From Chlamydiia bacterium (GTDB lineage Bacteria; Chlamydiota; Chlamydiia; Chlamydiales; Rhabdochlamydiaceae), in assembly GCA_963804085.1 (NCBI GenBank), contig CAWDOQ010000010.1, positions 96,001-160,000 of the forward strand: a DNA stretch of 64,000 nt, given 5' to 3'. Both the position numbers and the translations under genes were made by a program. Position 1 is the stretch's first letter; the number at the start of each line of letters is the position of its first letter. The notes below the pieces were generated by a model. It was not told where the DNA came from. It made no database searches and saw nothing but the letters and a program-made list of their open reading frames with translations. Below are positions 1-9,246 of the stretch, piece after piece.

Positions 1-532
1 CGGTTGCAGCACGCACGCTCTTCTCTCGTCTCATCATTTCCATGAGAGAGGAGATATAACTCTTGCCCCCCTTTCCAAAGACCCACGAGGTGCGTACGAT
101 GCAAGCTGACGGCATCACCTCTAAAAGGCGCTTCTCTCCTTCCAACTTGCTACTGCCGTAGAAGTTTATAGGATTTGCAGAATCGCCTTCTGCATAAGGA
201 GATCTCTTTTTTCCATCAAAGACATAGTCTGTTGAAATGTGTAGAAGTGAAAGTCCTCGCTCCTCTGCCACTCTCCCTAAGTTCTCCGGTCCTTTGGCAT
301 TGACCTGAAAGGCGAGCTCTCTCTCTTTTTCTGCCTGATCGACCGCAGTATAGGCCGCGGCATTGATGATATGGGTGGGGCATGCATCGTCGGCAAAAGC
401 GCTTAAAGCTTCACGGTCCGTGATATCCCCCTCTCCTCGTCCTGTTGTTACACAGGCGATCTTGCGCTCTTTGCAGAGCGCGCGAAGATTTTTGCCCACA
501 AGCCCATTTGCCCCTACAATCCAAAGCTTCAT
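1..532 (-). CDS. rfbD: dTDP-4-dehydrorhamnose reductase (runs off the window's left edge)
   Basis: Manual translation from ATG 532: MKLWIVGANGLVG...IINAAAYTAVDQAE...HISTDYVFDG...YGSSKLEGE. Overlaps the rfbC stop (ATGA). Not in the ORF track. Confidence 0.93.
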   Translation of the reverse strand, partial: MKLWIVGANGLVGKNLRALCKERKIACVTTGRGEGDITDREALSAFADDACPTHIINAAAYTAVDQAEKERELAFQVNAKGPENLGRVAEERGLSLLHISTDYVFDGKKRSPYAEGDSANPINFYGSSKLEGEKRLLEVMPSACIVRTSWVFGKGGKSYISSLMEMMRREKSVRAAT

Positions 533-1053
533 CGAACTGCCTCTTTAAAAGTAGGAGCAGTCTGGTCACGCAAGGAGACGATCGGAGAGGGTTCAGGCCA
601 CTCGATTGCGACGTCAGGATCATCAAAGCGAAAGGTCATCTCCTCGTTTGTATCATAGAGGGTGCTCACTTTGTAGAAGACGTGCGCCTCATCGCTTACA
701 ACGCAAAAGCCGTGGGCAAAGCCGACCGGGATAAAGAGCTGCTCATGCTTTTCGCCATCCAAGTATACCCCTTCCCATTTGCCAAACGTAGGAGAGTTAG
801 GACGGATATCAACGACCACATCGTAGATGCGTCCTACTCCCACTCTGATCAGCTTGGCCTGACCCGGAGCTCTTTGAAAATGCATCCCTCGGATTGTCCC
901 TTTTTTAGAGTAGGAGTGGTTATCTTGCACAAATGAGCAGGTGATCCCCTGTGCCTGGTACAATGGCTCGCGGAAGCTCTCCAAGAAAAAGCCGCGCTCA
1001 TCTTCAAATACCTTGGGCCGGATCAGCCTCAAACCCTCTAATGTCAATGTCAT
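529..1053 (-). CDS. rfbC: dTDP-4-dehydrorhamnose 3,5-epimerase
   Basis: FEDERGFFLES, FVQDNHSYS, RGMHFQ, GFAHGF motifs. Start placed at MTLTLEG (1053) rather than 1107. Confidence 0.95.
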   Translation of the reverse strand: MTLTLEGLRLIRPKVFEDERGFFLESFREPLYQAQGITCSFVQDNHSYSKKGTIRGMHFQRAPGQAKLIRVGVGRIYDVVVDIRPNSPTFGKWEGVYLDGEKHEQLFIPVGFAHGFCVVSDEAHVFYKVSTLYDTNEEMTFRFDDPDVAIEWPEPSPIVSLRDQTAPTFKEAVR

Positions 1054-1140
1054 AGGCAATATCCTAACCGAATCTCGCCGAAAACGCCATATCAATACAT
1101 AACGCACTGATAATGAGTGTATTATAAAACAATAACGTTA

Positions 1141-1169
1141 TTGTAAAATAATTTATATTAATGTATAAT
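1141..1169 (+). promoter_or_regulatory. sigma66/sigma70-type promoter for the ankyrin gene
   Basis: TTGTAA-N17-TATAAT, 23 nt upstream of ATG 1193 in an AT-rich spacer. Confidence 0.5.
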
Positions 1170-1192
1170 GATTATTATAAATTAAGGTAATT

Positions 1193-3178
1193 ATGGCATT
1201 TAGCATAAAAGGCGTTTTTAACAAACTTGCAGAAGTAGGAAGCTGTATCGCCACAAAGATACGCTGCTCAAAACGGGTGGAAAAGGTGGCGAAAAAGGCG
1301 ATCGCTTCTCGGCGCGCTCTTCCTCCTCCCCTCAATACTGTCCTCCATGATGCCTGTAAGTCGGGAAGCTTGGACGATATCAAGATGCTTCTTGCAGCAC
1401 CAGACGCAGACAAGCTACTGAGATCTTTCGATAGGGAAGGATATGCTCCGATCCACTATCTTTGTCTAAGAGGAGATCTAGAGTTCTTAAAATTTTTTAA
1501 AGATTCAGGAAGGTCTGATCTTTTGCAATTCAAAACACAAGATGGCCTATCTCCTCTAGAGGTTGCTGTGAATGCAGTTCCGAGAAAAGGAAGCGAGAAG
1601 GATCAAAAAGAGAGGCTATATCTAGAGGTCGCGGCATTCCTTCTTCAAGAAGGCGCTGAGGTTAATTCCCGAGGAATAGGAGGGATGACCCCTTTTACGC
1701 TTACTTGCATCAATGGCTGCTGGAGCCTTGCACGCCTCCTACTAGCTCATCAAGCAGATATCAATGCAAAAGATCCCATGAACTTCTCTCCCCTTATGCA
1801 TGTGATTGATAATGAGGATTGGGTTGCCTTTCTCTTGGAAAATGGCGCTGAAGTGAATCTCATAGGCTCTGATGGATCTTCTCCACTCAGTATGGCTTGT
1901 GCAAGTGATAAGACCTCCATTGTTGAACTACTGCTTGAGAAAGGCGCTTATCCTAACATTGGCCTAACCAATAAGGACCAAGAGCTTCCTCCCCTCCACC
2001 TTGCTTGCAAAAATAAGAATTTAGAGATGATAAAAATGTTAGTTGTGGCCGGAGCCAACGTAAATCAAATCCAAGAGGGAAGAAGTGCCCTTGGTGTGCA
2101 CATGGAGCGCGAACCTGATGATGCTATTATTGAATTTTTGTTAGGTCATGGAGCGGAAGCTTCGAATGATTCAAAAGTTAAAATTGTTGGCCACTATCCG
2201 AAATATGAAAGGTTATTTACTGATCGAGAGGAGAGACAGCTATTTTCTGCAAAGAAATTAGCGCACGCAAACCATATCGGTAATCAAAAAAACGCTCCTT
2301 TAGAGTATGAGGGCTGGCAAAGACAGTTTTTTTATCATGATTTTGCGCAAACAGTTGAAGCGAGCACTCTCTACGAAAAAACAGAAGGCAAAGTATTAGC
2401 AAAAGCTCTGAGAGCTGCCGCAAAATTACCATTCGATATAAAGGCAGCTGTTGCTGCTATCCGCAATAGCGAACTCGTTATTATACCGAGCGGCTGGTCG
2501 GGTCATGCATTATCTCTTATTTTTTATAAAGGGCGTCTAGTCCGTTGCAACCGGGGAGAGGGAGCTCGTGATAGCAGCGTAGAAATTTCCAAGTTTGACA
2601 TCCAAAAGATAGATGAGGCTCTCATCCAAGAGATCATAAATACGCAAAAACTACCTGCCGATAAGGGAAAAACTTTTATCTATAAAACTCTTTCACAAAA
2701 ACTCTCTTGTTCTGAAGATTCCAATACCCGAGAACTAGGTAAAGCAACCGCTTCTACGATGCAAACTGTGGGAAATTGTACTTTTGCCAGCGTGGCCGGA
2801 GCTCTCTTAGCAGCTCTCGGTCTTCTTGCCTCAGAAGGCGGCAGCCTGAGACCAGAAACAATCAAAGAGATCCGACAGTGCACACGCAAGCTTACGCAAA
2901 AACAGCGGTTGGTTTATCTTGAACATTATCTAGAAGCTCATCCTACAGGAGAAGAGGAGTTTTTAGCTCAAGAGTCATGGAAAAAAATGAAAAAACACCT
3001 ATATAAACGTCCTGAGGAACTCAACTCCTTTCCGCAAGTGAAAACTCGCCTCTTTGATCCCGAAAAGCGTCCACTTACTGAGCGCGCTGTCGCCGGCGTT
3101 AAAAAGTGCGCCTCTCAAGTAAAAGAGCGCGTCCAAAGAGCCGCTACTTCTTTGCTCGTCCCTACCTTTGTCGTCTAA
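1193..3178 (+). CDS. Ankyrin repeat protein with C-terminal cysteine-protease-like domain (putative effector)
   Basis: Repeats such as TVLHDAC, APIHYLC, SPLEVAV, TPFTLTC, SPLSMAC, PPLHLAC. C-terminal GWSGHA...CNRGEG...QTVGNC. Confidence 0.85.
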   Translation: MAFSIKGVFNKLAEVGSCIATKIRCSKRVEKVAKKAIASRRALPPPLNTVLHDACKSGSLDDIKMLLAAPDADKLLRSFDREGYAPIHYLCLRGDLEFLKFFKDSGRSDLLQFKTQDGLSPLEVAVNAVPRKGSEKDQKERLYLEVAAFLLQEGAEVNSRGIGGMTPFTLTCINGCWSLARLLLAHQADINAKDPMNFSPLMHVIDNEDWVAFLLENGAEVNLIGSDGSSPLSMACASDKTSIVELLLEKGAYPNIGLTNKDQELPPLHLACKNKNLEMIKMLVVAGANVNQIQEGRSALGVHMEREPDDAIIEFLLGHGAEASNDSKVKIVGHYPKYERLFTDREERQLFSAKKLAHANHIGNQKNAPLEYEGWQRQFFYHDFAQTVEASTLYEKTEGKVLAKALRAAAKLPFDIKAAVAAIRNSELVIIPSGWSGHALSLIFYKGRLVRCNRGEGARDSSVEISKFDIQKIDEALIQEIINTQKLPADKGKTFIYKTLSQKLSCSEDSNTRELGKATASTMQTVGNCTFASVAGALLAALGLLASEGGSLRPETIKEIRQCTRKLTQKQRLVYLEHYLEAHPTGEEEFLAQESWKKMKKHLYKRPEELNSFPQVKTRLFDPEKRPLTERAVAGVKKCASQVKERVQRAATSLLVPTFVV

Positions 3179-3241
3179 TCCCTTGCTAATTTTAGGGAAA
3201 ACCTCTAACATTCCTTTCTTTTATTGTTTTAAAGCAAGGAA

Positions 3242-4456
3242 ATGACCATGCAGATCTTTCGCTCTACGGGCCACGTTTTGGGGGGCGCCCTTCTTATCGC
3301 AGGAACCACCATTGGAGTGGGCATGCTCGCCCTTCCCGTAGCGACTGGTCCCGGCGGATTTGTCCCCTCTGTTGCAATCTATCTCCTCTGCTGGCTCTAC
3401 ATGCTCTGCACAGGGCTCTTGCTGCTCGAAGTTTGCACATGGATGCCAAAGGATTCCAACCTGATCACCATGGCTCACAGGCTTTTAGGCAACGTGGGAA
3501 AGAATATTTGCTGGGTGGTCTACCTCTTTCTGTTTGTAACCGTCATGATTGCACACGTAGCAGGCGGGGGTTCTGTTTTAAACGAACTCATCGGTTGCTC
3601 TATGCCTGACTGGGCAGCGATGGTACTCTACGTTGTCATCTTCTCTCCTGTCGTCTACATGGGCGCCCATTCGGTCGACCGGTTAAACCTCTGTTTAATG
3701 GCAGGTGTTGCTGTCTCCTACCTTCTCTTCATCTACGTCTCTGTAGGCCATGTGAACATAGAGCTTTTAAAATATTCTAACTGGTCTAAAGCCTGGTTTG
3801 CTCTTCCCGTCTTATTCACCGCATTTACCTATCAGGTGATCATCCCGACGCTTATGAACTACATGGACAGGAACGTCAAAAAGGTGCGTATCGCAATCAT
3901 CTGCGGAACCACCATTCCTCTTCTGGTCTACCTCGTATGGGAGTTTCTCATTTTAGGGATTGTTCCAGTCGAAGGCCCCGGTGGGCTTATCGAAGCCGGA
4001 AAATTGGGTCAAAATGCTGTCATGCCGCTTAAGCAATTTGTCGGAAGCGCTAACCTCTTCTCTATCGGCAAATACTTCGCCTTCTTCACTTTGACCACCT
4101 CCTACATCGCGCTAGCCCTCGCATTCTTAGACTTCCTCGCCGATGGCTTGAAAGTACAAAAAAAAGGTCTTAAAAAAGTGGCTCTATGCCTCGCCATTTT
4201 TGTCCCACCGACGCTTATCGCACTCACCTATCCCGATATCTTTATCGTCGCATTAGGTTATGCGGGTGGAATCAGCTGTGCTGTTCTCTTTGGCCTCTTC
4301 CCTCCGCTTATGGCGTGGGTAGGGCGTTACAAAAAACATGTAGCGGAAAAAGGCAAAGAGCTTCTGCCTGGTGGTAAAGCCTTCCTTTCGCTGCTGATCT
4401 TGTTTGTAATTTTAGAGCTTATCATCGAAATAGCGGATCAATTTATCAAGCGGTAA
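3242..4456 (+). CDS. tyrP: Aromatic amino acid (TyrP/Mtr family) permease
   Basis: GGALLIAGTTIGVGMLALP signature and many TM segments. Confidence 0.85.
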   Translation: MTMQIFRSTGHVLGGALLIAGTTIGVGMLALPVATGPGGFVPSVAIYLLCWLYMLCTGLLLLEVCTWMPKDSNLITMAHRLLGNVGKNICWVVYLFLFVTVMIAHVAGGGSVLNELIGCSMPDWAAMVLYVVIFSPVVYMGAHSVDRLNLCLMAGVAVSYLLFIYVSVGHVNIELLKYSNWSKAWFALPVLFTAFTYQVIIPTLMNYMDRNVKKVRIAIICGTTIPLLVYLVWEFLILGIVPVEGPGGLIEAGKLGQNAVMPLKQFVGSANLFSIGKYFAFFTLTTSYIALALAFLDFLADGLKVQKKGLKKVALCLAIFVPPTLIALTYPDIFIVALGYAGGISCAVLFGLFPPLMAWVGRYKKHVAEKGKELLPGGKAFLSLLILFVILELIIEIADQFIKR

Positions 4457-4458
4457 AG

Positions 4459-5511
4459 ATGACATTTTTACGCGCGCTTATCTTTGCATTCTTGCCGGTT
4501 GCATTAGCGCACGCAAAGACAAGCCCGCCTCCAGGTAATGAAATTGAAACCCCTAAAGCTGCTGAAGAAGAGCCCTGGTTTACAGGCTCTCTTCTTTCCA
4601 TTGCACCCGATGTTGTTCCCATTGGCTACATGGACTTGGAGACCTACTTTCAGGTATTCGACTTCTTAGGAGAGTATAATAAGCACTGGCATGCGCAATC
4701 TACGCCGCGCTTACTCACTGTAAGTCCCTTAATCTTTTTTCAAACCGGCTTGTCAGAGAGCATCGAAATTGTGGCTCTGCCGCAATTATTTTACAACCAG
4801 AGCCAAGGACAGTCATTTGTGGGAATAGGCGACCTCCCTATCGGGTTAGGCTTTCAAATTCTCACTCAAAAAGAGGGTTCATGGCGTCCCTCTATCAAGC
4901 TGATTACACAAGAGATATTTCCTTTGGGAAAATACCAGCATCTCAACCCAAAAAAAATGGACACCGATAGCATCGGCCGCGGCTCTTATCAGAGCACACT
5001 CGGCCTAGCTATCGGTAGATTGTTTCACTTAAGCGGCATACACTACTTTGCCCCGCGTTTTAACTTCCTTTACACCTACCCATCTCCGGTGCATGTGAGA
5101 GGATTTAACGCGTATGGAGGCGGTTTTGGGACAAAAGGAAAGGTGCGTCCGGGTAATTCGTTTACAGCTCTTTTTGCAATGGAATGCAACCTCACTAGAA
5201 ACTGGACTTTTGCTCTAGATGTCGATTACATCCATTTCGATAAAACGCGCTTCTCAGGTAAAAAGGGGGTCGATGAATTTGGAGCAGCTGCAAGCGTAAC
5301 CATCCCCTCTTCCGAGCAGTTCAGTCTTGCCCCAGCAATCGAGTACAACTTTAGCGAGAAGTTGGGCATCATCGCCGGAAGCTGGTTCTCAATCGGCGGT
5401 CGCAACGCTGACCAGTTCGTCAGCGGCATCATCGCACTAAACTTCTACACCAATATCCGCCCCGAAAAAACCGCAATCGAACAACCTGCTGGCGGCGCCG
5501 GCGGCCGCTAG
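4459..5511 (+). CDS. Putative outer-membrane beta-barrel protein (paralog 1)
   Basis: Signal peptide (ALAHA), amphipathic beta pattern, APAIEYNF...GIIAGSWF. Clearly similar to 5621..6661. Confidence 0.6.
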   Translation: MTFLRALIFAFLPVALAHAKTSPPPGNEIETPKAAEEEPWFTGSLLSIAPDVVPIGYMDLETYFQVFDFLGEYNKHWHAQSTPRLLTVSPLIFFQTGLSESIEIVALPQLFYNQSQGQSFVGIGDLPIGLGFQILTQKEGSWRPSIKLITQEIFPLGKYQHLNPKKMDTDSIGRGSYQSTLGLAIGRLFHLSGIHYFAPRFNFLYTYPSPVHVRGFNAYGGGFGTKGKVRPGNSFTALFAMECNLTRNWTFALDVDYIHFDKTRFSGKKGVDEFGAAASVTIPSSEQFSLAPAIEYNFSEKLGIIAGSWFSIGGRNADQFVSGIIALNFYTNIRPEKTAIEQPAGGAGGR

Positions 5512-5534
5512 CGCAATCATATATTTTATCCCAT

Positions 5535-5557
5535 ACGTGCCCGTGCCTGTGCCCGTG
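5535..5557. repeat. (GTGCCY)n hexamer intergenic repeat
   Basis: acgtgcccgtgcctgtgcccgtg; same family as 6723, 14796 and 61093. Confidence 0.75.
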
Positions 5558-5620
5558 TAAAGAAAAACAATAGCAACCAGGTTGCTAGTCAAATAAATTG
5601 CTATTGACTAGTGTTGCTTT

Positions 5621-6661
5621 ATGCAAATCTTAAAATCTCTTTCGTTTGCTGCTTTAGTCATTGGCGCATTTTTTCCACTTACTCCTCTTCACTGTCGCAA
5701 GGGGGAATACACTGGAATTTCAGAAATAATAGAAGAGAACAAAGGCCCTTGGTTCACTGGACCGCTTCTCGCTCCTTCCGGTCACGTTGTCCCGGTCGGC
5801 TATATGAACTTGGAGCCCTATGTTTTTGTCTCAGACACTTTTGGCGAGTACAACAAACATTGGCATGCTGAGTCAGAGCCGACAATAATCGGAGTCAACC
5901 CTCTCGTCTTTTTACAAATTGGACTTACAGATTGGATGGATATCCAAATTGCACCACAGCTCATCTACAACCATAGCCAAGGTAGATCTTCTACCCATTT
6001 CGGAGATCTGCCAATAGGATTTGACATCCAACTATTAGAAGATAAGCCGGACAACTGGTATCCTGCCATCAAACTCACATTGCGCGAAAGCTTTCCGACT
6101 GGCAAATACCAGCATCTTAACCCTAACAAACACGGCACTGATGAGAGTGGATCGGGCTCCTACATCACAAACATCGGCCTCGTGATCGCACGCCTTTTTC
6201 ATTTGGGCGGCATCTACTACTTCAACGCTAGATTGAGCAACTTTTACAACATTGCCGCTCCCGTACACATAAAGGGATTCAACGCGTATGGCGGCGGATT
6301 TGGGACAAGTGGAAAGGCGCATCCCGGGCAGTCGCTTAACACGATCATCGGCCTCGAGATTACTTTAGCTCAGCACTGGGCCTTTGCACTAGACATCGCT
6401 AACTTATATAGCGGCAAGACAACCTTTTCGGGAAACAAGGGACGAACAGCTGCCGGCACCCCTGCAATTGTTGGCGATCCATCCTCTGATCAAGTAAGCT
6501 TGGCTCCCGCAATCGAGTACAACTTCAACTCATCCGTAGGGATCATCGCAGGCGCCTGGTTCTCAGTAGCGGGTAAAAACAGCGCCGAGTTTGCAACAGG
6601 CGTCATCGCCATCAACTGGTATACCGGCATCAAGCCCAAAAGCAGCAAATTCCCCCATTGA
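5621..6661 (+). CDS. Putative outer-membrane beta-barrel protein (paralog 2)
   Basis: Shares PWFTG.LL, GEYNKHWHA, GDLPIG, GKYQHLNP, GFNAYGGGFGT, LAPAIEYNF with 4459..5511. Confidence 0.6.
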   Translation: MQILKSLSFAALVIGAFFPLTPLHCRKGEYTGISEIIEENKGPWFTGPLLAPSGHVVPVGYMNLEPYVFVSDTFGEYNKHWHAESEPTIIGVNPLVFLQIGLTDWMDIQIAPQLIYNHSQGRSSTHFGDLPIGFDIQLLEDKPDNWYPAIKLTLRESFPTGKYQHLNPNKHGTDESGSGSYITNIGLVIARLFHLGGIYYFNARLSNFYNIAAPVHIKGFNAYGGGFGTSGKAHPGQSLNTIIGLEITLAQHWAFALDIANLYSGKTTFSGNKGRTAAGTPAIVGDPSSDQVSLAPAIEYNFNSSVGIIAGAWFSVAGKNSAEFATGVIAINWYTGIKPKSSKFPH

Positions 6662-6722
6662 GTAAGATCAACAAAGATTAAGAAAATTAAAACGCGGAGG
6701 GACTTGGTTGGATAATTTTTTT

Positions 6723-6800
6723 TTAACGTGCCTGTGCCTCTGCCAGTGCCTTTGCCCGATCTTTCTTTTCAATAATCCGGATCAGGCACAGGCACGTTAA
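6723..6800. repeat. REP-like palindrome built from GTGCCY hexamers
   Basis: Perfect 17-bp inverted repeat TTAACGTGCCTGTGCCT / AGGCACAGGCACGTTAA between convergent genes. Confidence 0.8.
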
Positions 6801-6847
6801 GTATACAAGACAGCCCCTCACATCTTTGCGTTTTGACTCTCTTATTT

Positions 6848-7840
6848 TTAAAAATCAAACCTGCCGCCGAAGGTGATCCCTTGTAGAGAGAGTGCCTCGT
6901 TGGCCTCTATGGGCGTCAGTGGCGCAGTGGATGTGAAATGGAAGAACTGGTTTTGAGCAAAGAGATAGTGCTGCTCAAAGCCGAGATGAAAACCGAGATG
7001 GTAGCGGCTCTTGCTTAGCATTCTGTCCCACCCGATCCCCAATGCAAGGTCGATGATCGGTTTTTCACTTGGAAACTTGTTCCAGATATTGAAACGCTTC
7101 TCCTCTTCGAATGAGACCTCCTCCGATTCATGCACGTAATGCTCGCCATACAAGAGGGAGAAGGCAAGCGCAGAGTAGAGACTCCAGCCCCCTTTAATTT
7201 TCCAGTCTAGATCGAGTCCTGCTCGCAGCCCGGGTGCGATGAATTTATTCTTCATGCTGATATAGGATTTTCCTCCAGGGAACAGATCTCCTCCAAAATA
7301 GTTAAGAAGATACTTCTGACGGATGATCCCATATCTTAGGCCGATATGAGGCCTGAGCGTGAGATATCTGCTCACAAAAAAGGATCTGCCTAGCTCGAGG
7401 TCGATAAAGGCAAAGTGGAGGCGCCAATGGCCATCAACGGAGTCTACAAACGGATTGGCTATATTAGGTTGAGGAAGAGTCCATGTGGGTGTGAGCAGCT
7501 TTCCATCATGCGATTGTTTGTGAATATGCGCACGGCTATGCAGATGAGTCAGATTTAAATAACAGTCCCAACCGTCGTGAGGAATCCGCCATCCTATGCC
7601 TATTTTAAAGCCTAGATCAGGGTCCACTTTGGGATTTTTAATCTTGCCTTTAGAAAACCCGCTGTTTCTTTGGATGGCATAGGGGATCCCTGCAATGTCT
7701 GTCCACCAGTAGAGGAGATCGGCCGTTACAAAAAGTCCTATTGCATTTTTTACCTGCGGCTGAGCATTCGGGTTATCGATCTTCTCGAGCGCGTCTATGC
7801 GCTGCTCTAAGTGGCTGACCGTGTTTGGGTTGTCTAGCAT
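6848..7840 (-). CDS. Lpg1974/Legionella-MOMP-like pore-forming outer membrane protein
   Basis: ADLLYW, GFKIGIG...HDGWD, DLELGRSFFVS..LTLRPHIGLR, C-terminal LSLQGITFGGRFDF. Confidence 0.75.
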   Translation of the reverse strand: MLDNPNTVSHLEQRIDALEKIDNPNAQPQVKNAIGLFVTADLLYWWTDIAGIPYAIQRNSGFSKGKIKNPKVDPDLGFKIGIGWRIPHDGWDCYLNLTHLHSRAHIHKQSHDGKLLTPTWTLPQPNIANPFVDSVDGHWRLHFAFIDLELGRSFFVSRYLTLRPHIGLRYGIIRQKYLLNYFGGDLFPGGKSYISMKNKFIAPGLRAGLDLDWKIKGGWSLYSALAFSLLYGEHYVHESEEVSFEEEKRFNIWNKFPSEKPIIDLALGIGWDRMLSKSRYHLGFHLGFEQHYLFAQNQFFHFTSTAPLTPIEANEALSLQGITFGGRFDF

Positions 7841-7917
7841 AGTTTAAAAAAAATTATACTCGATACATTTGTTTCACTCATCTGTTATAATCGCTTCACA
7901 ATTTATTTGGAGAAACT

Positions 7918-9225
7918 ATGTCAACGATAAATTTTTATTGTGGCGGCCTGGCTGCTGAGAGCCTTAAAGATTATGCGAGCGCACAAGCTTATCGATGTGA
8001 GACGCGTTTACTAAGAGGAACGCTTGATACAAATGTAATTAATCCGATTCTTTACCCGACTGACAGAATTCTTGTCATTGACGCCACCGGCAAATGGATC
8101 GTCGACAACGCGATTCAGGTAAAGGGAAGCTCCGATGCCAAACGCCAAGAAATGGTAAATTACTGGGGCGAGAATTACACGATCACTCTAGTGAGCGGTA
8201 TCGTCAGCCTCGTTGTAGGGCTTGGATGCGGCGTAGCTGCCTTTTTTGTTCCTCCCATCTGGTTGAAAGTCGTCTGTACAGTAGTAGCTGTTGTTACTCT
8301 TGTCTTTTCGATTTTAAGTTTTTATCGTTCAAGCGAAGCGAGCGGCGAAATAGAGGCATGGAATGTACATCCTGCTAAAGAGGTCGCAGAAAAAAGACTT
8401 CAGGCCTATCAACAGGGATTGTTCTTTGCAAAACGATGCGCTCTAAAAGAGAAAGAGGTGCTACACCCTGAAGAAATTCAAGTCTTATATCGCGCAAGTT
8501 GTGATGCGATGAATAGATCCATTTTCCAAGCAAACGGACAAAACGATCAAGCCCAAGTGCGCTTTGCCGAGCAGTTTCTCCATGAAAATCCGCTCGATAT
8601 AGAAGCTATAGACTACGCTTTTGGTGAGCATCCGAAGCTCACTGCATACAGCACTCAATTTGCAAGGTATAGAAGTGACATACAAAATATCCAAGGACAT
8701 ACCGAGCAGCAAAGAACGCAAGTGAATAAGGAAAGAGAGCAGCTTCTTCGAGAAGCACACATAAAAGAAACAATACAGCTCAAACCATACAAAGATGCCT
8801 TGCGCGCACGCGAAGAGACCTGCGCTGCGAACAAAAAAGCTGCGCTTGCTGCCCTTTCACTTCAAGACCAAAATAATCCAGATCATCCTGTTGTGGTCCA
8901 AGCAAATAAAGCTTACACTGCTGCAATGGCTGCCGCTCAAAAGCAGTACACGCTAGACACTGTTTTCATCACGAAAAAAGTTAAGCAAGAAAGGGAGAGA
9001 ATCGAAAAGGCGCATAGAGAGGCGATCCAGACATTAGAAACCGCCAAACATCAGAATCTGCTCCCCTTCTTTGAGCGCGCGCGCGACATTTTTGCCGGCG
9101 CCTATGCAATCTTAAAAGGCCAAAATCCTCCCAAACCTCTCTATCATGATCCGCTAGCGAGAATGAGAGAGGCGAGCGCACCGCCCGGCGGCCCTGAATT
9201 ATTAGATATAGATGCAAAAAGTTAA
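7918..9225 (+). CDS. Inc-like protein (bilobed hydrophobic segment plus coiled coil), paralog 1
   Basis: Hydrophobic hairpin ITLVSGIVSLVVGLGCGVAAFFVPPIWLKVVCTVVAVVTLVFSILSFY followed by a helical, charged region. No signal peptide. Confidence 0.6.
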   Translation: MSTINFYCGGLAAESLKDYASAQAYRCETRLLRGTLDTNVINPILYPTDRILVIDATGKWIVDNAIQVKGSSDAKRQEMVNYWGENYTITLVSGIVSLVVGLGCGVAAFFVPPIWLKVVCTVVAVVTLVFSILSFYRSSEASGEIEAWNVHPAKEVAEKRLQAYQQGLFFAKRCALKEKEVLHPEEIQVLYRASCDAMNRSIFQANGQNDQAQVRFAEQFLHENPLDIEAIDYAFGEHPKLTAYSTQFARYRSDIQNIQGHTEQQRTQVNKEREQLLREAHIKETIQLKPYKDALRAREETCAANKKAALAALSLQDQNNPDHPVVVQANKAYTAAMAAAQKQYTLDTVFITKKVKQERERIEKAHREAIQTLETAKHQNLLPFFERARDIFAGAYAILKGQNPPKPLYHDPLARMREASAPPGGPELLDIDAKS

Positions 9226-9246
9226 CATAACTCATCGGAGAAAACC

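Noticed and set aside
6848-7840. Chlamydia ompA (MOMP) ortholog
   Set aside because: Motifs fit the Lpg1974-like family, it is Cys-poor, and it is not at the ompA locus.
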